Source: Channa argus (taxonomy: Eukaryota). Taken from it: a stretch of 48,000 nt of DNA. The stretch lies in NCBI RefSeq assembly GCF_033026475.1, contig NC_090210.1, forward strand, positions 19,947,894-19,995,893. Reading direction: 5' to 3'. Numbering within the stretch: position 1 is the first letter of the stretch; each line of letters starts with the position of its first letter. A program made the position numbers and the translations under genes. Below the pieces are notes generated by a model. That model did not search any database. It was not told the DNA's origin and saw only the letters and a program-made list of their open reading frames with translations. This document shows positions 27,230 through 39,170 of this stretch, in pieces.

Positions 27230-27560
27230 TCATCTAAAGGACAACACGCATTTCCCGGCAACGTCTTCACCCGCGCTACAGCTCGTCCGTTTTCTGCAGG
27301 TTACAACATTAAAAGTTGCAGTAAACAATCGTCTTACCGTTTGGAGTCCGCTCCTAGCTCACGGCTCGTTGGTAGGTCTTCGCCTCGCGGTGGCTGCACG
27401 CGGATTGTGCTCTCCACTGTCTGCGCGACGCGAGCATCTGTTTTGCTGCGTGCGTGCGTGCGTGCACGCGCACCAGCCCGCACGCACCCGTTTTTCTTTC
27501 CCACTGAATAGAAGATTGGCATGCAGCCAGCGCTGTGCGCGCACGTAGGACTCAAGTGTT
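27230..27560. promoter_or_regulatory. Orphan CpG island, a candidate promoter. The minus strand has a putative non-coding first exon ending in a GTAAGA donor near 27343.
   Basis: Local CpG and GC density is far above the surroundings ('gcgcgacgcgagc...tgcgtgcgtgcgtgcgtgcacgcgcaccagcccgcacgcacccg...gcgctgtgcgcgcacgtagg'). The minus strand reads '...gagcggactccaaacg|gtaagacgattg', a consensus 5' splice site. There is no convincing ORF, which is consistent with a 5'UTR. Confidence 0.4.
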
Positions 27561-27884
27561 TGTGGCAATCAAATGCCCCCTCGATTCAAAACCCTCATTT
27601 GCTTATATTTTACTTCACGTTGCTGGCTAAGGGAAGTTTCTTTGGGCTCACATAAAATCTTGCAGATGTGCACAGGCAAGCGCAATTAGTGGAATCTAAA
27701 ATATTTTGGGGGCTAATGTCTGACTAACGAAATGCTTGAAGAGGTGTGATCCAAGTTGAAGCGCAACAAGTCCAATGTGTGAATCTATACTGAATTTAGT
27801 GCTGTTACCTATAGCAACTTGTTCTGGAACAAAAATTGCAAAACTGGTAAACAGGTTTCAACCAATAAAAGTACTGACATCCAT

Positions 27885-27965
27885 CATATTTATCCTCTTA
27901 TCCTGTTCAGGGTCACGGGGTGGAACCTGCCCTGTCCAGCTGTCATTGAGCGCGAGGTGGGTACT
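27885..27965 (+). repeat. Partial copy of the 'cagggtcacgggg...ccagctgtcatt' interspersed repeat.
   Basis: 'ctcttatcctgttcagggtcacggggtggaacctgccctgtccagctgtcattgagcgcgaggtggg' aligns to the copies at 16030 and 31040. Confidence 0.4.
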
Positions 27966-28443
27966 TTATGGTAATTTATGAGTTAATTGGATTTTGTTTT
28001 AGGAATCTTCAATTGCAAAAAGTAGGAACTAAAGCTAGAAAGTAAATGCAGCTGTGTAAAAGTATATTCAAATAGTAAAACTCCTGCGGAATTGTACTTA
28101 AGTACAGTGCTTATGTGAATGTTAGGTAACACTATGAACCTAGTGAAGCAACAATTCTTCAGTCTCGAATTTGAAGTTAAACAAAATATTTACGGAAAAG
28201 TACATTGCTAAAAACTAAAGTACATAAGTACAATTTTGATGTTCTTGACTGACTTTTTCCAAGTACCATTTTTTTAATATTTTACTTGAGTAGAATTGAA
28301 GGTACTTTGCCAGAGTATTTACATTTTTGCTTTTACTTCACCACATTTGAGAGTATTAGTTTCTAGTTACTTTTCAGATTCAGTTTATTAAAACAAAATA
28401 TAATCTGATAAATGTTGAGATTATTTGGGGCACCCAGCTGTCA

Positions 28444-28723
28444 GTAAATTTTTTTATCCTTTCGGCTTATCCCATGAGTTCAGTGTCGCCACAGCGGATC
28501 ATTGTCTGCATGTTGATTTGGCACAGTTTTTTTGCCCTTCCTGACGCAACCAACCCTCCAACCAACCCTCCCCAATTTCTACCAGGCTTGGACCAGCACT
28601 GCACAGCTGGGGATGGGAATGGCCTCTCTTGCCCAGAGACACTTCGACATATAGCCGGGACCGGGGATCGAACCACTGACACTGTGGTCAACTGCCTTTA
28701 CCAACTGAGCTAGAGCTGCCCCT
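28444..28723 (-). mobile_element. tRNA-derived SINE insertion flanked by an 11-bp target-site duplication 'cccagctgtca' (28433-28443 and 28724-28734).
   Basis: The reverse complement starts 'gcagctctagctcagttggtaaaggcagttgaccacagtgtcagtggttcgatccccggtcccggctatatgtcgaagtgtctctgggcaag...' (tRNA-like head, 'ggttcgatcc' T-arm motif) and ends in the LINE-like tail 'ccaaatcaacatgcagacaatgatccgctgtggcgacactgaactcatgggataagccg...aaaaaaatt'. Identical 11-mers directly flank the element. Confidence 0.7.
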
Positions 28724-29041
28724 CCCAGCTGTCATGAATAAAAAGATTAAAATCAACTCCACATTTACCAGTCGTCGTTTTTGGTTGATTAATTATTCAT
28801 TATTCGCTACCACAAATGCCACATTTTTCACATTTGAAAGTTTGTGGAACACATCTTGAACATTAATGAGATCAACAGCTTCAGGTTCAGGGCTGTTTAA
28901 AATACATTGTTTCCCTCATTATTCTAGCATACTGCAAGGTTGCAACTAACTGTATCATTATCTTATTTTAGACCAGTTGCTCAACTGTGTTTTAAGAAAA
29001 TAATAAATCTCACTACTTGCCAGTGGTAGTGTGGCTTAGGT

Positions 29042-29048
29042 TGTGTGT

Positions 29049-29079
<31 letters not shown>

Positions 29080-29093
29080 GGGGGGGGGGGGGG
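29042..29093. repeat. (GT)n microsatellite followed by a poly-G run.
   Basis: tgtgtgtgtgtatgtgtgtgtgtgtgtgtgtgtgtgtgggggggggggggg. Confidence 0.9.
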
Positions 29094-29099
29094 TAATAA

Positions 29100-29260
29100 A
29101 ACTGCTAGTGGGTCAACAAGTAGACTGGTGGCTTCGTGGTTAGAGCTCCTGTAGGACGCAGGATTTTCAAGGATCAAATCCCAACCCACTCACCAGGTGC
29201 TTTCCTTGAGTTGGACACTAGCTCCCCAGGCAGTATCATCAGCTCCCCACTGCTCCACTG
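29100..29260 (+). repeat. Possible SINE fragment with a tRNA-like head (not an intact tRNA).
   Basis: 'ggtggcttcgtggttagagctcctgtaggacgcaggattttcaaggatcaaatcccaaccc' has D-loop-like ('tggttagagc') and T-arm-like ('ggatcaaatccca') motifs. No 7-bp acceptor stem can form, so it was not called as a tRNA gene. Confidence 0.35.
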
Positions 29261-31039
29261 CACTGAACTTGATTTCTTGTACTAATACAGTGCATTCTCA
29301 CTACTTTACTTATAAGTATATATACAGTTTGAATCTACTGTAGGTTCTTTATGAAAGATTTGTTTGAGTGACATTAATCTCAGTTCAAATTAGGTCTATT
29401 TGCAGTATAATTCTTTTAATAATATCTCTGACCTCCTTTTAACCATATTCCAAATGATATAAAACTGTAAGTCAGCTTAGTTCTATTTCATTGTTTTATC
29501 CAGGACTTAAGTTTTAAGTTAATGGAAGCGGGTTCACAAACATACAAACAATATAGCACCTCAATCTTGAGTAGTGACTATAATTAATTTTCCTTTTGAT
29601 CTTATTATCGTTATTTTATAGAACCTCATATATATCGTAATCTGCTTCTTCTCCTTGATACATTTTAATGGCACCATTACTTGGCTGTTTGATAACCAGC
29701 CAATGCTCTACACAGGTTGAAAAGTTCTCATACAAGGTGTTAAACCTAAAATTCATACAATTCAACAATTTATTCTCTTCTAGCTGCCTCTCCTGAATGG
29801 CTAATAATATTATAACAGCTGACAGTGTCGTTAACACATTTCTAAGTCACACTTACTCACATCTTTCACTTTATGAAATTTTAATTTTTAAGTTTATACC
29901 TGCATTATACTGACTTTTCTGGGTTGTGATCTGCATAATTTCCTATGTCACCTCTGTAATTGTGAGCACTGTTTAATTTATGCAGGGATAAAAAAAATGC
30001 CCCCCTGTCAATGTCTGCACTGACATTCAGGACACGAGGTCGATCACACATTTGCACTCGTCACATCACATCTTTGACGGGATGTATGACATCCCGTCAA
30101 ACATCCGTCCCTTCGTTGCACAGTTAAGATCGACAGGAAAACACAAAGCAGGCAAACAAGCAGACAAACCTTTCATCTATGGATCTGTTTACACGTTGAA
30201 ACTGAAACTTGGACTTATATTTCTGATTCCTGAGATGATGCACAGAGCTGTAAACAAGTCCTCTGCGATGGTGCTCAAAGCAAAACCACATGAGCGAGAA
30301 CAATTCACAAAAGAACATATTCTCCATGAAAAATTGGGACATTGGAGAAGGTTTCATCTCTGGTAACTGGATACAGAAAACAGCTGGTATTGTTCTCTCT
30401 TAGTTGCCATCGTGTCTCTGCCCTTTTCTCTGCCTCCTCAGGTGCAATAATGTCGTTCAGAAACACTGGAAGCTGCCAGAGCAGATATATTGACTTGTGA
30501 AAGATGCACGGGTTTTGCTTATAACCACTTAAACATGGCAGTTTGATGGTGAGCCAACATGAGCAGCACCAAACTCTAAATCTGAAGCAGTTAAACTTAA
30601 TTCAATCATCAATAATTTATCATTTACAGCTGGAGTTTCTCCCTACTGTAACATACATGAGACTTATTTAATGTTTTTATGTATTTATTATAAATTAGGG
30701 TTTTAAAATACATTGGCAAACATTTCCAGTGGCCCCCTGCAGCCCAGGAGTGAACCAACTGTAAATTTTAAGGGTCAGCATGTCATTAACGACATAGGAA
30801 AAAATAACATATATTTATTTTACACAAATTGTCTTTCGACTGACTTGTTTGCAATTTTTGATTGTCTTTTTTGTGAATTACTATGAGATCTGTAGGAAAT
30901 TAACTAAAAGAAAGTTTATCCACAACTATATTGATGATCAATTGTTCCTCTCAACTATTAAGAAAAAAGCCAAACACAGTTGCATCTTCTCAAATGGAAG
31001 AATTTCATTCCTTCCTATCTTCCCTTGTCTATGAGTTGG

Positions 31040-31200
31040 GTCTTAATGTATATTCCATTCATCCATTATCTGTAACTGCTTATCAAGTTCAGGCGACCTG
31101 GGGTTGGAGAGTATCCCAGCTGTCATTAGACGAGAGGCAAGGTGCATCTCAGGGCCAACATAGACAGACAACCATTTTAACTCACGCTCTTATAAATGAT
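31040..31200 (+). repeat. Third copy of the 'cagg(c/t)ga(c)ctgggg...tcccagctgtcatt' interspersed repeat, followed by a poly-C/poly-T tract at 31305-31341.
   Basis: 'tcaagttcaggcgacctggggttggagagtatcccagctgtcattagacgagaggcaaggtgcatctcagggccaacatagacagacaaccatt' aligns with 16040-16150. Confidence 0.4.
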
Positions 31201-32699
31201 GTCTAATTGCCAAAGTTAAAATTGTTGCTTTTGCGGTTTTAGCCTATATGAAATAGAAGCATTGGACGTTTTTGTGAAACAGCTCCTCTGGTGTGTACCA
31301 TAAACCCCCCCCCCCCCCCCCCCCTTTTTTATTTTTTTTTTGATAGTCCAGTTTAGCTGAACAGTTCATCTGCTGCAGCAAAATTTTCAGATAGTCCTAC
31401 AAAGAGTTTTATTAGCCTTTTACTTAGACTGGAGAAAACAAAAGCACACTCATGTGCTCCCGCTTGGGGACATTCAGTAAATTAGTGTGATCAGTCCAAC
31501 ATGATGCTTTATTCTGACTCCAATCAGTGTCTGTGACTGATTTTATTTCAGTGTACCATACAGGTTTCTTGCAGAGGTTTATTTCTTTTTAATTTAGCTG
31601 ATTTAGAAAATGTTACACAACTGTTTAAGCTCACAAATCTTAAGCTTTTCCTAGTTTTATTTTTCTGATTTTCATCATTCATGTATATTTATAACAACAG
31701 TGCCTCCCCATGACTGACTGTGGTAATAGGAGAGTATTTAAAGAGGAACATTTTTATGTGTATATTTGGAACAACAAATGTTATCCATTTCAACTTAGTT
31801 TTGCTTTCAAAATAAGAAAATGTTCTGCAAGACTTAGGTTGCTGATGGTAGAGAAATTACTCAATACTCCACACAACGCAGACAAAAAAGAAAAACAAAC
31901 TATTAAATCAGATGCAAAAGTAACTTTTACAATAACACAGGTTCATATGATGTTAAATAGAGAATTTAATAATGTTTATTATTGTTTTTCTTGCCAAGAG
32001 AACCAAACCTTCGCGACAGCAGTTAACTTTGCAGTTAAAGGTTAGTGCATCCTTTATTTTGGTCGGAGTACTGTAAACATATTCATTTAGAAGTCCTCTA
32101 CTGGCTAGGCCAAATATGTACCCAAATTATAAAAGAAAATTGTATCTAATATATAATGTCTTAAAATGAAAGATTAAATGGAAAGTCGAATGCCCCATCT
32201 CACCGTTATATATACTCTATTTTATATTAATGCATAATGTATGTATGGTGCTAACTATTTTATATTGGATAACATGATTATATTTACTGTGGATTAATAT
32301 TCTCATTTGTTTGGTTTGTAAAAAGTAAGAAAGTAATTTTAGAAACACATACCTCAAAACTAACCAGAGCACCTTCACACAAACCTCAAATTAAATTTTA
32401 AAATAAAAATAAATTATTACTGCATTTTAAAACAAAGACAAAAACGACTTCCTAAGGTTCCACTTTCTGTATTTTGCACATATCAAAGCATCATATTTTA
32501 CAATCTCCTCGTATGTTTTGTATTTCTATTTAAAGTCTACATTTTCATATAAAGTAACATTAACTAAAGCTGTATAAATACTAAGCTAGATAAATAGTAA
32601 CTTATAATAAATATAAATAATTAATAATATAATAAGCTAGAGAAATACTGTGGTGCAGAAACAAAAGGTGGCGTGAAATTGTACTCAAACAATACAAGT

Positions 32700-33700
32700 A
32701 CCTGAAATTTGTTCATTAATAGCATTATAGGCTTTTGGAGGCAGGATCGACTGGCGCAGACAACGGGTGGGCTCGTTTTGATTTACAGGTTATAGTGGTA
32801 TTAGCAGTGATTGTTATCTGACTACTCAATCAAAGACCCCACTCTCTTGAACTGCTCTGTGACCCAAAACCAACGCCTCCTCCCATTGCTGCGCCATCGG
32901 CGGTTAGCATTACGTTAGCTCGGTGGCTAGAAGAAAGCTAGCTCACTGCGGCGGGGGGCTATTCGCTTGTGCTCCGAAGGGACCACCTAAGTAACAATTT
33001 GAGCGATATTACCGAAAGCAAGACATTTTACTCGTTAAGGTCGTGGTGAGTATTTTGTTCCCAGACATTTTTATTTTTATCTTCCTTTTTCTTTTTGGAT
33101 TTTTTTCAACGATGCTTTTTCTATTTTGCGAGTGGACAAAACGTATTGTGCTGGCTAGCGAGGTAGCTAGCTTAGCTGACTTGGAGACTCTCATCCACCT
33201 CAAAACACACAAACGCTGGTTGTGGTTTTTATAAGCACAGCACTTTGGATGCATCCTAGCCCCAATTTCACCCCCTTTTTCATGTTTGTGTAGCTTTATT
33301 TTTGTAGCAGTTATTGTGAAGACTTTTAATTGACGGGACTGATAATTTTTGGCAGACTTTTCGGCCAGTCCACCCGCTAGCTAACTAGCTAGCTAGCAGA
33401 AAAACCCCTTTGGTTTGATAATGGCAGCTTCACCCTTATCCGTGTTTGATTACAGATTATCAACTACAAGATTGTCAGAATTTTGCAGGTCTTATTTTTG
33501 CAAACAATGGAACTGGTCTGGTTGCGTTACATTTTTTTTTATGCTTTTCAATTGGTGGTTGGCTAACTTTAGCCATGCTAGCCGGCTTTGAGCCACCGAG
33601 GCTAACGCAGGGCCTGTGTTTCACAATAAACGTGATGATGACGCTGTCGAGGTCCAGGCGGGTGTGTTGTGGATGGTTTAGGTAATTTTTGATAATCCCC
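32700..33700 (+). promoter_or_regulatory. hnrnpc: CpG island, the likely hnRNP C-like promoter, with a putative non-coding first exon ending at the donor near 33045 ('aaggtcgtg|gtgagtatttt'). A possible alternative 5' exon ends near 33680 ('ggtttag|gtaatt').
   Basis: GC and CpG-rich block ('ggatcgactggcgcagacaacgggtgggctcg...ccattgctgcgccatcggcggttagc...cactgcggcggggggctattcgc') about 4 kb upstream of the ATG exon, on the same strand, with consensus GTGAGT donors. It contains at least 6 GCTAGC palindromes. Confidence 0.45.
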
Positions 33701-36700
33701 AGACTTTGATTTTCCGGTTCGTACTACTCAGTCAGCTTGTTTTTGATGTGGAGTGTTTTTGTTTTTTGTTTTTTCCCCCCCCCACATGATGAAGATTTTG
33801 GAAGTTTTGGACTGCTTCAGTTTTCTTACGTAACGATACAAATACACATAAATGATTAAACGTTTGTTTATCTGAAAGAGTATGTTGGCTCTTTGTGTAC
33901 CAAAATAAACTCTTGCCTTTACGTTCACTCATAGACTGCAGGTATATCCATACATAAACATTTATACCCATAAATCCAGTCGTGAGAATGGGACTGTGCA
34001 TGCATAATGCTTTTTGAAACATCTTTCGTGGGGATACAGGTTAGGACTTTTTATAGTTGGCAATTTAGCGGAAAATTGTCTGAAATGTGTCAGTGTACCC
34101 AATTTTCTGCCACCTATCTGCATTCGAGGCCCATTATTTTATTACTAAGAAAAAATTAATTGTCCACCTCATTACCTGGCTATTAAAATAGTTTTGTCAC
34201 ATTAAATATGGCCTACACTTCAGAAACACTGAATAAATTTAAAGTGGCTCTGTAAGGTCAGAGTCATTCTGCATCCCAGCCTTTATCATATTAAATTTAA
34301 ATTTAGCTTAATTATGTATAAATAGTAAATGCCATGCAACCTTACACAAATTTTAAGTTAGACTATTACTTTTATCAGGTTAATTATAATTAACATGATT
34401 TAACTTACTGGCATTCTATGTTATATGATATGATATGCTATGTATATTAGTTCTTATTTATTCCCAATATGTATATTGTTAATCCATGCAGAGATTCTGT
34501 GCTTAATAAGTCTCAAATAAAGGGCAATAAGTATATAAATTATGTGCCAACACTCCTGCCAGACATTTTCATATGAAATGCAGGTACCTCACTCATCTAG
34601 TCCTACCTGTCCTGCCACTACAATTGGTTAAATTTGACACCTTAGTGATGAGTCTGTGCATTCAATTTCCCTAAACATAAAAGTGCATTTGTTTGTTTTC
34701 AAATGATTTGTCGGAAAATTTCTGTTTATAGATTTTGCACAATGATTTACACACACACATACACACAGTTGAGCTTCAAGTTGATGCTGATGTTGCTCTG
34801 CACAAGCGCTTCACAAACTCCCATCTGGAGTCCTACAACCATATTTCATTAGGGCTACAGATACATGAGCATATGTGGAGCAGTTAGTCTTTTTAATTGA
34901 TTGAATTCTAACAGATTTTGTCACCGTTGTGTTTAGTCCCAGGTTTGTAGCTGCTAGATCTGTATTCTTTTGTGCTAGATATTACACTTAAACAAACATT
35001 TTGAGTTGATTTAGGTTCTAGAATTTTGTAGACCCTTTTTTTTTCTTAAAGATCTATGTCACTGTTTGCCTCCTCACTGAGCCCTGTACACAAATTCAAC
35101 CAGGTAAGATTGGTAAAAGATAACCCTGCTCAGCTTGACTGAGGTGTGTTTTCTGTCGCCTCAGTATAAATCGTGAGGGGCGAAGGTGAAGGTCAAGACA
35201 CCAGCCCAACCAAACTGAGCCCAGCCCACAGTGTCAAACATCAGACAGACGACAGCCCTGCACACAGACGTTATGGAGTGAGTGATGAATGTTAAGCCCC
35301 CTGTCAGCCAGGGGGTTACTGTTAATACCACCATTGTTTTCATGTTTGCTGCATCAGGGCACACAAAGGTTTGGGCTTCACTGAGCACTCACATCCTCCC
35401 TTCTGTCATTTTGAATGATAACATGCTCTGTTCATAGGGTATATGACTTGTAAGTGATACAGTACCAGAGGAGTAAATGTGTTCAGTCTTTAATTCCCTA
35501 GTAAATGTAAAGAAGTCTGGCATTGTTGGTTTTTTTACTAATACAGGTAAATATCCTTTGTTCAGAGGCAATACAGTGTGTTCATACTGTGATGATTTAT
35601 TTATCTACAGCAACGGTTTTCATTAATTGATTAATTTTTAGCCTTTCATTTATTTTTATTTTTAATCCAAATTAGTGCATGCACTGGTTCCAGCTTCTCA
35701 AATGTGAGGATTTTACGATTTGTCTGTCATGACAGTACGTTGAACGTCTCGGACAGTTGGTCAGACAAAACATATTTGACAATATCAACTCTAGGCTTTG
35801 TTTATTGGCAAACTAATGAAAGGGTAAAAAATATCGATTAAGGTAGAGTGTAATATGATGATGAGGCTGGATTTAAGTTAAAATACAAAATTATAAATAA
35901 TTGTTCTCTACTGGGGAAAAAAAAAACTTGCTGTGAGAAATAAAATGCTGCTCCTTCACCATGGCATTCTCCAGACAATGCCACCATGAATGTTTCTTAA
36001 AAAGGTGAGCTACATTCTTCGTATCACTTAAGCTACCAAAGCCTCAACTCAGACACTAAAGGCCGCTTCTCCACTGCTCAAGAAAACAGTAAAAACACAA
36101 TTTTGAAATGCTTTAAGCTCTATTTTTCACACGCTTCAAATATGTAGCGGGTTACATGTTCCATTTCTGTCTCAGGTGGAAGTGAGCGATGGTTAACTTG
36201 AGTTTAACTCTCCAGCTGTTGTCATGCCGACATCCAATAATGAACTGAAAGGTTTTCTTTCATAACACAGCCTCCTGTGGGAAACGCTGGCGATGTTTTA
36301 TTTCAGAAAGAATGTCAAGGCTGAAACTGCAACGTCTGTCAATATTTACCCTTTGAAATGAATCATGAATAACATTTGAGGTCACTTAAAATTTTCTGCA
36401 TGCAATAATCAAACAGTATGTGGACATTACTAATTCTTTTGAAATATGCTAATGTTAAGCCACCTGTTCAGCTGATCATGTTGGAAATAGTTTCTTATAC
36501 ACATGTAATATGATAACTCTAATAGTTATTCGATAGGCGTAGCACCACATCTCATACTGGAAAAGCTAATACAAATAAGCTGAGGATAATAACATTCTGA
36601 CTTGATGTTTCATCTGATACTGTTACAGGTTCTTCTGTATCAACAGTTATTTTCTTGTGGAGTAAAATTACTACTCTAAGTAGTATCAGTTTGAGTTTCA

Positions 36701-37009
36701 CAGTCTTCTAAATTGACCTAAATTATTTAATAACTTGGTGACAACTAACAGTTGTATTATTGTACTATTTATTTTTAAAACAAAGAAATTATGAAGCTTA
36801 TAAATTGTAACCATTAAAAGGCAATTCTTTAGCAATTTCAGAACATGGACACACCTGTACAAGAAGGGTAACCCATAACTTCACAAGTGTTTACTTTGTC
36901 ATTGATGTCTACTTTTTTTTTAACCTAACTTTCCAGGAAAGTCAGCTGATCATAAAGGCTGATGATGTTGGAGACTGTGCAACATTTGACTCATTAACAG
37001 CAGGAGTAG

Positions 37010-37399
<390 letters not shown>

Positions 37400-37439
37400 T
37401 AGTTGCTCGCATTACTGTATGCTAGTTTTAAACAGATTG

Positions 37440-39170
37440 TTTGCAAATTTGCCTCTTCTTGGTTCCCAAAAACCTTTGCCTATTAAAAGTTTCAGATTTT
37501 TACAAATCTGAAGTGTCAAATGTACTACAAAATTAGAAATGTTGAAAATCTGACACATGGTGTTAGAGAAAATATGTTGCCAAGATCCTGTCCGGATAGA
37601 TCCGTATATAACCCCAATTCTAAAAAAGGTAAAACATTAATAAAAACAGAATGCAATGAACAGTAATTCATATTTTATTCACAATAGAACGTAAACAACT
37701 TATCAGATGTTGAGACTGAGTAATTTTGCCATTTCATAGCAAGAATTAGCTCATTTTGAATTTGATGGCAGCAACACATCTCAAAAAAGTTGGAAGAGGG
37801 GCAACAAAATGCGGGAAAAGCACTTGGTGCGAATGGAGGAGCATTTGAAAACTACTTGGGTTAATTGGCAACAGGTCAGTAACATGGCTGAATGTTAAGA
37901 TGGGCATTCACCATACTGTGCCAAAAGATTGTGGAATAATTTCAGAAAAATGTTCCTCAATGTAAATTGCAAAGACTTTGCAGATCCCACCATATACAGT
38001 ATATAATATCATCAAAGGATTCAGAAAATCTGGAGGAATCTGCATAAGGGACAAGGCCAAAGTCAAAGCTGGAGATGTGTGATCTTGGGGCCCTCAAGTG
38101 GCACTGCATTAAAAACAGGCCTGATTCTCTACCTGACATCACTGCATGGGCTCAGAAACACTTCCAGAAATCACGGTCTGTGAAGACAGTTTGCTGTGCA
38201 ATCCACGAATATAAGTTAAAGCTGTATAATCCAAAGAAGAAGCCATATGTGAACCCAATCCAGAAACTCTGCCATGTTTTCTGTGCCAAATGTCATTTGA
38301 AATGGTCTGAGGCAAAATGGCAAACTGTTCTCTGGTCAGATGAATCAAGACTTTAAATTCTTTTTGGAAACCATGGACGCTCTGTTCAAAAAACAGGCTG
38401 TATCTCTGATGGTATTGGGGAGCATTAGTTCCTATGGTGTGGGCAGCTTACACATCTGGAAAGGAACCATCAATGCTGAAATCTACACAGAGGTTTTAAA
38501 ACAACATCTGCTCCCATCCAGACAATGTCTATTTCATGGAAGGACTTGAATATTTCAGCAAGACAATGCTAATCCACATGCTGCATCCATCATAACAGCA
38601 TGGCTTTACAGGAGAAGAGTCCGGGTGCTGAACTGACCTGCCTGCAGTCCAGACCTTTCACCAGTGGAAAACATTTGGCGCATCATAAGACGAAATAGCC
38701 GACAACAAAAGCCCAGGACTGTTGAGGAGCTAGAATCCCGCATTAGAGAAGAATGGAATAACATTGTTCACCTAAAACTGGTCTCCTTACTTCCCAGATG
38801 TTTACAGACAGTTGTTAAAAGAAGAGGGGATGCTACACAATGGTAAATATCACCCTGTTCCATTATTCCTTTATTGAGATGTGTTGCTGACATCAAATTC
38901 AAAGTGAGCTAATATTTTCCATGAAATCGCAAAATGTCTGTATCAACATCTGATTTATTATGTTCTATTGGGAATAAAATATGGCTGGTGAGATTTGCAA
39001 ATCATTGCATTCAGTTTAAAACGAAAGAGAAAGCAGTTTGCATGGACGCTGTGTTTGCGACACTCTGACCCGCTGACCCCGTGGGTGGAGTTGCCAAGGA
39101 AAAAAAAACACCAAATGATTAAAAATAATTGTGTAGGAGTTTCCAAATTTGCCAGTGTGTAAACAAATAA
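37440..39170 (+). mobile_element. Tc1/mariner-superfamily (Tc1-like) DNA transposon, about 1.7 kb, with a degenerate transposase ORF in the plus orientation. Boundaries are approximate.
   Basis: A multi-frame translation across 37900-38850 gives a Tc1 transposase: '...KWQTVLWSDESR', 'FGNHGR', 'HLLPSRQCLFHGRT', '(W)IFQQDNANPHAASI', 'RVLNWPACSPDLSPVENIWRIIRR', 'PRTVEELESRIREEWNNI', 'LPRCLQTVVKRRGDATQW' (a DD34E-type C-terminus). Stops and frameshifts show it is dead. Inverted-repeat arms: 37640-37700 ('gaatgcaatgaacagtaattcatattttattcacaatagaac') pairs with 38930-39010, and the outer 'tgtttgcaaatttgcc' (37438) pairs with the reverse complement of 'gtttccaaatttgccagtgtgtaaaca' (39140-39170). It is inserted in hnrnpc coding intron 1. 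Confidence 0.7.

Noticed and set aside
29100-29180. A possible tRNA gene ('ggtggcttcgtggttagagc...ggatcaaatcccaacc').
   Set aside because: No 7-bp acceptor stem can be formed with the 3' end and there is no CCA-compatible terminus. It is better explained as a tRNA-derived SINE head. The same applies to the tRNA-like heads at 43775-43850, 28650-28723 and 18215-18290.
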